Part shown: piece after piece, positions 25,201 to 35,500 of the stretch
Position numbering within the stretch: the first letter of the stretch is position 1
Layout of the letters: each line of letters begins with the position of its first letter
Assembly: GCF_004010195.1 (NCBI RefSeq)
Contig: NC_057753.1
Span: forward strand, 8,641,182-8,705,181
Reading direction: 5' to 3'
Source: Chiloscyllium plagiosum
Taxonomy: Eukaryota
Length of the DNA: 64,000 nt
Notes under the pieces: generated by a model
Told to the model about the DNA's origin: nothing
What the model saw: only the letters and a program-made list of their open reading frames with translations
The model's database searches: none
Made by a program: the position numbers and the translations under genes

Positions 25201-26750
25201 TCTTTTGCCTCCCTTTCTATCCTTCCAGTAGCATTTGTATCTTGGAACATTAAGCTGCCAGTCCTGCCCATCCCTGAGCCATGTCTCTGTAACTGCTATA
25301 ATAGCCCACTCCCATGTTCCTAACCGTGCCCTGAGTTCATCTGCCGTCCCTGTTAGGCCTCTTGTATTGAAATAAATGCAGTTTAATTTATTAGTCATAC
25401 ATTGTCCCTACCTGCCCTGACTGTTTGACTCGCTTCTGTTCTCAACTGTACCAGTCACAGATTGATCTCTTTCCTCACTATCTCCCTGGGTCCCACCCCC
25501 ACCTTACTAGTTTAATTCCTCCCGAGCAGTTCTAGCAAATTTTCCTGCCAGTATATTAATCCCCTTCCAATTTATGTGTAAACCGTACTTCTTGTACAGG
25601 TTACGATATCCCAAAGGAGATTACCACATTCCAAAAATGTGAATCCTTCTCCCATAAGCCAGCTCCTCAGCCATGCATTCATCTGCTCTATCTTTCTATT
25701 CCTGCCCTCACTAACTCGTAGCCCCGGGAATAATCCAGATAACACTACACTCAGGGAACTCCTTTTTAAATTTCTGCTTAACTCTCTGTAATCTCCCTTC
25801 GGAATCGCAACCTTTTCCCTTCCTATGTCGTTGGTTCCAATGTGGACAGTGACCTCTTGCTGGCCCCTCTCCCCCTTGAGAACATTCTGCACCCTCTCTG
25901 AGACATTCTAGATCCTGACGTTCTGATTTTTCGCTGCTGGCCACAGAAACGTCGGTCTGTACCTCGGACTGGAGAGTCCCCGAGCACAATTGATCTATTG
26001 GAACCCGATGTACCCCTCGTTGCATTTTTAGAACCAGCCTCAATACCAGAAACTTGGCTGTTAGTGCTGCGTTCCCCAGAGAATCCATCACCCCCTACAT
26101 TTTCCAAAACAGCATACTTATTTGAAATGGGTATAGCCACAGAAGGCTCCTGCACTAGCTGCCTACCTCTCTTACCTTTCCTGGAGTTAACCCATCTATG
26201 TGACTGTATCTGAGACATTCCCCTTTTCCTATATCTTCCATCCATCAAATACTGTTGCTGTTGAAAATTCCTCGTTGCTTCTAACGGTCTCTCCAACCGA
26301 TTCATTTGTTCTGATAATATTCGCAACCAGCAGCATTTATTGCAGATATAATCCGCAGTAACCCTTAAACTCTCTTTAATCTCCCACATCTGACAAGAAG
26401 CGAATATCACTCTACTAAAGGCCATTTTTGCTCCTTCCCAATCTAGAGACACAGAAAATATTCCAGTCTTATTCGTTTACAAAACACTGTCCCAGGTTAA
26501 CTTAATAGTTATGGCTTATATTTTAAGTTTAATCAAGAGAAATATCTCAAAAAACATATAATCAAGAAAGAAGCCACTCAGCTCACTAATGCAGAATTTC
26601 TGTAGGTCGCACTTAAAAGCAATACACTTATTTGTTTCCCTGCTGTGAAATTCATCGAAGCAGTTCCTCCAAGATCAATTGTGAATTTCCCTGTCTGTTA
26701 ATTTTCCCAGACGGACTCCGATGTCCAGCAATAAATGAATTCAAACAGCG
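22232..26750 (-). mobile_element. Near full-length CR1 (5' UTR, ORF1 Zn-finger/esterase, ORF2 APE-RT, 3' tail), degenerate
   Basis: ORF1 pieces 25823..26452 (DYICNKCCWL, VLGDSPVRGTDRRFC) and 25572..25892 (HIGTNDI). ORF2 pieces 24511..25398 (APE: VTETW, GDFNFP) and 23012..23815 (RT). Tail gtcattgagtcattga. Confidence 0.92.
22715..23075 (+). mobile_element. Penelope-like 3' fragment with hammerhead motif, nested in CR1
   Basis: ORF 22711..23019 (HEFNWDNTSIIGQAKQRTAKEFLEAWHS). gca CTGAGGA T GTCACC..GAAAC GTC tgc at 23000-23039. Confidence 0.87.
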
Positions 26751-26759
26751 TAGTGATTG

Positions 26760-27905
26760 GGCACAGAGTGTACTTGTAAAGTGTGACTTCCTAACTGTAG
26801 TTCTGTGATCAATGATTTTAAAATGTAGATGATCTGATTAGTAAGTTTGAAGACCATGAAAAATTGGTGAGTCATGGATAGTGCGGAAGCGTATCAAAGG
26901 ATACACCAGGTGATATTTATCACATGAGAATATCGGCAGAGAAATTGCAAATGGAGTTTCATCTGAACAAATGTGACGAGATGCATTTTAGAAGTAAAAG
27001 CAAGAGGCAAGTATACAATGTGTGGAAGCATTCTTATCAGCATTCATATGCTAAGGGATCTTGGCCTCTACGGGCACATCTCCCTAAAAGTTGGAACACG
27101 TGTGAAAAGGATAGCAATGAAGGTGTGTAGTATGCCAGCTTTCAGTCGGTGAATGAGTACAAAACGTAAATGGCATGAATGATAAGTCTGCTGATGATGC
27201 TAAAATGGGCCGTACCGTGGACGCTGAGTAAATGTATCAGAAAATGCCTGAAGACCTTAATCAGCTGGGGAAGTCAGTCGAGAAATGGCAAATGGATATT
27301 AATATAAATAAATGCGAGATCTTATATTTCGGAAAGTCAATTCAAGATTGGAGTTTCATGGGGAATGTAGCGCTTTACGGGGTGATGTGTAACAGAGGGA
27401 TCTAGAAGTTCAAGTTCACAGTTCTTTAAAAGTTGCTTCACAGATAGACTGAGCAGTGAAAAGGGATTTTGACACACTGTCGGTTATCAGTCAGCGCATT
27501 GACTACAGAAGTTGGGAAGTTTTGTTGCAGTTATACAGAACATTGGTGAGAAAATACTTGGAGCATTGTGTTTAGGCGTGATCAACTTGTTATTCAACTG
27601 GGAAGAATGCAGAACAAATTTACAGGGATTTTACTTGGACTCAATGACCTGAGTTATAGCGAAAAGTTGGACAAGCGAGGGGTTTTTTCCTCCAAGAAAA
27701 CAGTTCAAGTTATCCAGAAATCTAAAACCCTCCTGTTTGCACAACCCTTGAGACAATTATCTGTTCTACTTTACCATTTCTGAACTCACTAGCATGTAAC
27801 GTGGGAAGTAATCCAGTAATTACAAACATAGAGGTCTAACGTTTTAATCCACTGACTAGCTCCCTGAATTCGTCATGCAAGACCACATTCCTTTCTTGTC
27901 CATAT
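26760..27905. mobile_element. Old, highly degenerate CR1 fragments
   Basis: Remnants of RT C-terminal motifs (EKLQMEFHLNKC; gctgatgatgctaaa; tacttggagcattgtg) on the plus strand and an ORF1-like piece on the minus strand at about 27700-27905. Confidence 0.6.
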
Positions 27906-27949
27906 CGTCATATGCTCAAACTAGCCTGAACATGGGAAATGAATGCCAT

Positions 27950-30292
27950 CCAACTGAGACCATCCACGAATAACTATATTTCCGACAAGAACGCTTCAAG
28001 AAACAGGTATTGCCTACATATTTCAACCACAAACCGTCTCTCAACAGCCCCAAACCCAGACGAATATCAGAACAGAACTGTTACAGAATACTGAGAGAAA
28101 TGATAAATGATGTCCACAACCGACTCCACAAATACGAACGGGACATTTCGCGCCAAAAAAACCTTGGACACCAACAAGACTGACCAGGAATGGACAAACA
28201 CATTAGAACAAGCCATCAGCATCAAGCAACAACAGAGCAAGAAAAAGAAGAAACAAACTGTCCCTACAAGAAAACCTGGACAGGCTCACACAAAAGATCA
28301 ACAGGGACAAATCAGAAGCTTAGATTAAAAACCTGTCGGAACGACCAGTAACAGACACTGAAAAAACCGTCGTAGTAAGAGGGATAAATTTCAACTGCAG
28401 GGACGCTGACAAATAGGTCTTCCTAACAGTATTGGAATCAACTGTAAAAGACGACAGAAGAAACTCAGCACGCCATCAGACAGAAAGTAGCACCAACACG
28501 AAGCAGGAAGAAGGAATAGAGCACCCTCAACACACAGGAAAGGAAAGCCCTAGAAGGAATCAGAAAATATATAAACATTGTAATCCTTCCTGGAGAAAAC
28601 AGTCGCATGAACGTCATCGTAAACATAATACAGTGTACTAAAAATGCGAACTCACTGCTCACAGATATCGACACCTACCAACATGTGGGGACAGACCCGA
28701 CTCCACAGGGAGAAAGCTTCATCATAGCATGTCTGAAGGCATTCCACAAATCAGGCGAAATTAACAAGACAGATTTCCAAAGAATGAAACCTGATGGATC
28801 CAACATACCCCGCCTATACGAATTAAATAAGTTACACAAATCAAGGGCACCCTCAGAGCTATAGCCTCACTTCCTGGCACACCGACATACAGACTAGCAA
28901 AGGAACTCCACCAAAAACTGAAATGTCTAGTGGAAAACTCAAGCCACTCCATCCACTCCACCCAAGAATTCCTGAACATCACCAAAGACACAAAGATAGA
29001 ACAGGATGAAATATAGTCTCGTTCGACGTAACGGCCTTATTCACATCAATTAACATCAACCTGGCCAAACAAGCACTGACTGCACTAATGATGAACCAAA
29101 GACAAATGCAGCAGACAGCACCAATTCCATCAGCAAGGACAACATCCTCAAGATAGCAGACCTGTGCCTCATTACCCAGTTCATCCTCAACGACAGGACA
29201 TGCAAACAAGTCAACGGAACCCCATAGGATCACCAATATCAGGATTCTTAGCCGAAGCAGTAATGCAGAGACTTGGACTAACATCCCCCTCTCCATGTCG
29301 AACCCAAACTTTGAGTCCACTACATGCATGACACGTTTGTCCTCACAAAACGGAACAAATTAGAGGAGACCTACAATACCATCAACAGCATCCTTATTGG
29401 CATAAACCTTACAAAAGCGGAACAGAACAACAACAGACTCCCCTTCCAAGATGTAACAGTGGAATGAACAATTAATGGAGAACTGCAGACCAGCTTCCAC
29501 AAGAAAGCAGCACACAGAGAACAGATACTTAACTACAGGAACAATCATCGCAACATCCACAAACAAAGTTGCATCAGAGCATTACTTAAACCAGTGACAA
29601 ACACTGCAGCACCCAGGAACTACGAATAGCAGAAGAACAACGGGTAACCGATGAGAACAACCCGCAGAGAATTTAACAACAAACCCAAACAAGAAGACAC
29701 AACAAACCCAGAGACTCTAGCCACACTACCATACATCAAAGGTATCTCGGAGATGATAACCAAACTACTCCGAGAACTTGGCATTGTGGTATCCCACAAA
29801 GTTACCAACACACTGGAACAGCTACTGATAAACCTTAAGGACCCTGTACCAACAATTTGCAAACTAAATGTCATTTACAAAATGCCAGGCAAACACTGCA
29901 TAAAACACTGCACCAAACAAACAGGCAGGAAACTAGCCAACAGCATACATGAACACGAACTAGCCACCAAAAACATGACCCACTATTACTAGTATCCTGA
30001 CATACAAAAGAAGAAGTACACCACTTCCACTGGGAAAACACACCCAAATTCGGACAGGCTAAACAGAGACAGGTACGGGAACTCCGAGAGGTCTGGCCTT
30101 CAAAACGGAACTCCGTCAATAAACACATCGATTTGAACCCCATTTAGCAACCTCTGAGAAAAAGAACCGGAAATCATATCACCCATCTTAACACACCAAG
30201 AAACATAAATAGAAAGCAGTACAGAACACATGCACCGCACTGGAGCTCACTGACAATTTCCCTACCACGGTGATGAAACGTCCGAAAACAAA
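27950..30292 (+). mobile_element. Penelope-like element (RT + GIY-YIG endonuclease), degenerate, with a terminal hammerhead remnant
   Basis: RMKPDGSNIPRLY..KLHK, SFDVTALFTSI, KQVNGTP*GSPISGFLAEAVMQRL, YMHDTFV, LATLPYIKGISE, NVIYKMPGKHCIKHCTKQTGRKLANSIHEH. CTGACAA..GAAACGTC at 30250-30282. The terminal repeat resumes at about 31336-31400 after a nested CR1. Confidence 0.88.
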
Positions 30293-31333
30293 CTGGCTTT
30301 CTGGAAGAAGGCAGCGAGTGGTGGTTGATGGAAAATATTCAGTCTGGAGTCCAGTTACTAGTGGTGCGCCACAATGATCTCTCTGGGGACCACTGCTGTT
30401 TGTCATTTTTATAAATGACTTAGACGCAGGCATGGGTGGATAGATTAGTAAATTTGCAGACGGCACTAAAGTCGGCGGACAGTTTGGAAGAATGTCACAG
30501 GTTTCGGGGGACTTGGATAAACTGCAGAATTGTGCTGAGTGGTGGCAAATGGAGTTCAATGCAGTTAAGTGGAAGGTGATGCACTTTGGAAAGTGTAACA
30601 GGATGGCACAGTACTTGGTCAATGGAAAGATTCTTGGTAGTGTGGATGTGCAGAGGAATCTTGGAGTCCATGTGCATCGATCCCTGAAAGTTGCCACCCA
30701 GGTGAATAGTGCTGTTAAGAAGGCATACGGTGTGTTAGGCTTCATTGGTAGAAGGATTGAGTTCCGGAACGGCAATATCATGCTAACTATACAAAATGCC
30801 ACACTTGGAATATTGTGTAAAGTTCGGGTCACCCCATTACAGAAAGGTTGTGGAAGCATTGGAAACGGTGCAGAGGAGATTTACCAGGATGTTGTCTGGC
30901 CTGGAGGGAAGGTCTTATGAGGAAAGGCTGAGAGACTTGGGTGTGTTCTCATTGGAAAGAAGAAATCTAAGGGGACATTTGTTATAGACATACAAGATGC
31001 TCAGAGGATTAGATAGGGTAGACAGAGAAAGTATTTTACGTAGGATGATGACGTCAGCTTGTAAGAGAGGGCATCACTACAAATTGAGGGGTGATACATT
31101 TAAGACAGATGTCAGAGGCAAGTTCTTTATGCAGAGAGTCGTAAGGGTGTGGAATTCTCTACTTGCTAAGGTAGTCAACTCAGCCACATTAGAGAGATTT
31201 AAACAATCCTTAGATAAGCACATTGATGTTTTTGGGATAGTGTAGGGGGACGAGCTGAGAACAGTTCACAGGTCAGCGCAACATCGAGGGCTGAAGGGCC
31301 TGTTCTGCGCTGTATTGTTCTATGTTCTATGTT
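30293..31333 (+). mobile_element. 5'-truncated CR1 inserted into the Penelope terminal repeat
   Basis: RT C-terminal ORFs 30492..30920, 30796..30987 and 30997..31245, then a (TTCTATG)n tail at about 31318-31333. Confidence 0.9.
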
Positions 31334-32381
31334 CGAAACCTATTAGCTCAGCGAGCAAACCTACAAACTGAACCTCTACCGATTTACAAATCTTCTCAAA
31401 AATAGTAAACTTCCCTTCAGTTTTCAATCTGTGAAAAGATAACATAAGTACATAACTGAGGAGAAGGGACTTTAAGGAACTAGCACAGTTTTTCATCGGG
31501 TAAAAGATGGAGGTATTGGAGGATATTCCCGACTTAAAATCAAAAACAAAATCTGGCTCGGATGAATTGCATCCCAGGCTGCAGTGAGAGGACAGGGAGG
31601 AAATTGCTGAGGCTTTACTATTTCTTCTTTGGCCGCAGTGAAGTACTGGAGGATGGCTATTGTGGCTCTGCTTGTTAATAGGTGTAGTATAAATTAAACA
31701 GATAATTGACAACTGGCGAGTCTCACCTCACTGGCAGGAAAACTATTGGAGAAATGTCTAAAGGAGAGAATCAATACCCACTTGCCTTGGCATGTTTTAA
31801 TTTTGGATAGTGAGCATGGCTTTGCCCGAGGGAAGACATTCTCAACGAATGTATTGGATTTTTTTGTCAATGTTATCGTGTGCTTGGTTCAGAGAAGTTC
31901 AGGTGATAGAGTTTATGTTAACTTTAGGAAAGCTTTTTCACAAAGTCTCACGTCGGAGACAGCTTGAGAAGGTTAAAGTACACGGAACTAAGAGAAGCGT
32001 GGTGAAATTGACCATAAGACCATAAGACCAGAAGAAATAGGAGTGGAAGGAAGGCCATTCGGCACATCGAGTCCACTCAACCATTCAATCATGGCTGATG
32101 CGCATTTCAACGCCACTTATCCGCATTCTCCCCGTATCCCTTATTTCCTTGAGAGATTAAGAATTTGTCAATCTCTGCCTTGAAGACATTTAACGTCCTG
32201 GCCTCCACTGCACTCTGTGGCAATGAATTCCACAGGCCCACCGCACTCTGGCTGAAGAAATGTCACCTCATTTTCGTTCTAAATTGACCACCTCTAATTC
32301 TAAGGCTGAGCACACGAATCCTCGTTTCCCTCCTTGATGGGAACAATTTCCCAGCGTCCACCTTTTCTAAGCCATGCATTA

Positions 32382-32803
32382 CTGTCGTGGAAATTAAATC
32401 GGATTGACTCAAATGCTAGAAAGAGCAAAGAAAAAGATTTATTTAACCTCTGCAGGGGCGCAATACACTTGGCAAAATGCTGCATGGAAGGGGCAGAACA
32501 ACCTCTACATATTCCTTTCATATATCTCGCTTAGCTTTATCACACGCTTAAGGACAATAACTGTGAACATTCGGCTGTTGATGTGAAGTTTATGTTTTCC
32601 CTGACTCTTGCTTAATTTACTGTTTTGCAAGACTTGCTGTTTTGCAAGTCTTGCAAGGCCATGCTGTCGGTTGTAGAATCCAAAGCCAGGTTGTCTACTT
32701 AAAATTGTGGCAAAGTGTTAGTTTTAGCAGAGTATTAGATTTAGCAAAGCATTCTCTTTCAGATTTCACAATAAATGCTAATTTTGTTAATTTTCCACTA
32801 CAG
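32382..32803. mobile_element. MITE-like non-autonomous DNA transposon with TTA target duplication
   Basis: Imperfect TIRs CTGTCGTGGAAATTAA and (reverse complement) CTGTAGTGGAAAATTAA. TTA at 32379-32381 and 32804-32806. Removing the element restores CR1 ccatgcattatcttgtaag. Confidence 0.75.
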
Positions 32804-34187
32804 TTATCTTGTAAGTTTCTAATAGATCTCCCCTCAACCTTCTAAACTCTAATGTATACAATCCCAGGATCCTCAGCTGTTCATCCAATATTAAGCCTAT
32901 CAATTCAAGGATCATTCATGTGAAGTTCTGCTGGACATGCTCCAGTGCCAGAATGTCCTACCTGAAGTGTGAGACCCAAAACTGGACACAGTATTCTAAA
33001 CGGGGCCTAACCAGAGCTTTATAAAGTCTCAGTAGCACATCACTGCTTTTACATTCCAACCCTCTTGAGATAAATAACAGCATTACATTTGCTTTCTTAA
33101 CCCGGACTCAACCTGCAAGTAAACCTTTAGAGAATCCTGGAATAGCTCTCCCAAATCGCATTGTACTTTGGATTTATGAATCTTCTCACCGTTTATAAAA
33201 TAGTCTATGCCGGTATTCTTTTTTCCAAATTACAAGACCTCGTATTTGCTCTTCAGCCGTTTCTTGGACCATACTCCTAAACTGTCTGAATCTTTCTGTA
33301 GCCTCCCCACCTCCTCAGAACTACTTGTCTGTCCACCTTACTTCGTATCTACCGACAACTTCGCCAGAATGCTCCCAGTCTCTTCGTCCAGATCATTTAT
33401 ATATAAAGTGAACAGCTGTGGCCACAACACTGAACCCTGCGGCACGCCACTTGTCCTCAGCTGCCACTCCGGAGAAAAAAACCTTTTATCCCAACTCTCT
33501 GCTTTCTGTCAGAGAGCCAATCCTCAATCCATGCCAGTAGCTCACCTCGAACACCATGGGCCCTCACCTTATCCAGCAACCTCCCGTGAGGCACTTTGTC
33601 AAAGGCCTTTTGGAAGTCTAGTTAGATAATATCCACTGGGTTTCCCTGGTCTAACCTACTTGGTACCTCTTCAAATAATTCTAGCAGGTTTGTCAAGCAC
33701 GACCTCCACTTAGCAATCCATGCTGACTTATTCTAATTCGGTCCCGAAAATCCAAGAATTTAGAAATCTAATTTTTTGAATCCCTGGATTCTACAATTGT
33801 ACCTACAACCGACGTTAGGCTAATTAGTCTATGATTTTCCATCTTTTGTCTTGATCCTTTCTTGAACAAAAGGGTTACAACAGCGATTTTCCAATCATCT
33901 GGGACTTTGCCTGACTCCAATGATTTTTGAAACATTACAACCAATGTCTCCGCTATTTCTTCAGCCACCTCACTCAGAACTCTAGAATATAGCCCATCCG
34001 GGCCAGAATATATATCAATTTTTAGAACTTTTAGCTTTTCAAGTACTTTCTCCTTTGCAGTGGCCACTATTCTCAACTCTGCCCCTTAATTCTCCTTAAT
34101 TGTTGGGATGTTACTCATGTCCTCCACTGTGAAGACTGTCATGAAGTATTTATTTAGTTCTTCAGCTATTTCCTTATCTCCCATCAC

Positions 34188-34393
34188 TGGACGCACATGG
34201 AATAGTGTAGGTTATATTGGCTTCAGATTGGTATGACAGGTTGGCACAACATCGTGGGCCGAAGGGCCTGTACTGCGCTGACCTCACCTTTCCTATTCCT
34301 AACCTCAGCCCAAACTACCTCAGATGGCAAGTCCACAGGTTGGCACAACATCGTGGGCCGAAGGGCCTGTACTGCGCTGTAATTTTGTGTTCT
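34188..34393 (+). repeat. Very short CR1 3'-end insertion with an internal 45-bp duplication
   Basis: acaggttggcacaacatcgtgggccgaagggcctgtactgcgctg at 34236-34280 and 34335-34379. Confidence 0.8.
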
Positions 34394-34921
34394 CGCCTTC
34401 CTGCGTCACCTTGGAGCTGCCCAATCTCTACCTTTGCCTCTCGTTTGTTTCTTATGTATTGAAAGAAACTTTTACTATCATTCCTAATATTACTGGCTAT
34501 CTTATCTTCACATTTTATCTATCTCCTTCCTTACTTATCTCTTTATTATCCTCCGTTTATTTTTGTAGTCTTCCCAATCTTCTGATTTCCCAGTGCTTTT
34601 GGCCACTTTATATGCGCTGTCTTTTTCTGTGATACATTTCCTGGCCACTTTTATAGACTCTCTCTTTTTTCTGTGATATATTTCGTGAGTTCCTTCATCA
34701 GCCATGGTTATCTAATTCACCCCACCACCCTTCCAGTCCCGGGTAATCTTTCTTTTGTTTGGGATGTACCTCTGTACTGTATCCTCAATTACACCCAGAA
34801 ATTCCTGCTCTACTGTCTTCCCCACTAGACTCTGCTTCCGGTCGATTTTCATCAGTTCCTCTCTCATGCCCCTGTAATTACCTTTATTTAACTGTAGCAC
34901 CATTACATCCAAGTTTTTCTT

Positions 34922-35500
34922 TTAAAGTTTGTGCGAAGATTTGTAGCTCGGGTGCTCGTTGTTGTGGTTCTGTTCGCCGAGCTGGAAGTTTTTGTTGCAA
35001 ACGTTTCGTCCCCTGGCTAGGCAACATCATCAGTGCTTGGGAGCCTCCTGCGAAACGCTTATTTGATGTTTCCTCCGGTGTTTATAGTGGTCTGTCCCTG
35101 CCGCTTCCGATTGTCAGTTTCAGCTGTTCGCTGTAGTGGTTGGTATATTGGGTCCAGGTCGATGTGTTTGTTGATGGAGTTTGTAGATGAATGCCATGCC
35201 TCTAGGAATTCCCTGGCTGTTCTCTGTCTGGCTTGCCCTATGATAGTAGTGTTGTCCCAGTCGAATTCATGTTGCTTGTTGTCTGCGTGTGTGGCTACTA
35301 AGGATAGCTGGTCGTGTCGTTTCGTGGCTAGATGATGTTCATGTATGTGGATTGTTAGCTATCTTCCTGTTTGTCCTATATAGTGTTTTGTGCAGTCCTT
35401 GCATGGTGTTTTGTACACTACATTAGTTTTGCTCATGTTGGGTATCGGGTCCTTCGTTCTGGTGAGTTGTTGTCTGAGCGTGGCTGTTGGCTTGTGTTCT
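34922..35500 (-). mobile_element. Penelope-like 3' fragment (GIY-YIG + terminal repeat with hammerhead), nested in CR1
   Basis: ORF 35359..35868 fuses CR1 APE to HKPTATLRQQLTRTKDPIP..NVVYKTPCKDCTKHYIGQTGR. Hammerhead on the minus strand at 35036-34997. Confidence 0.88.
34997..35036 (-). ncRNA. Minimal type I hammerhead ribozyme motif (Penelope type)
   Basis: GCA CUGAUGA U GUUGCC UAGCCA GGGGAC GAAAC GUU UGC: full core, stem I GCA/UGC, stem II with one mismatch, and an NUH cleavage triplet GUU. Confidence 0.7.

Noticed and set aside
30188..30859. Long antisense ORFs opposite CR1 RT (also 45936..46490, 33207..33629 and others)
   Set aside because: These are recurring antisense shadows of CR1 ORF2, not independent genes.
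34236..34379. Repeat-spacer-repeat resembling a CRISPR unit
   Set aside because: Only two repeats, the repeat is a CR1 3' end, the context is vertebrate and there are no cas genes.
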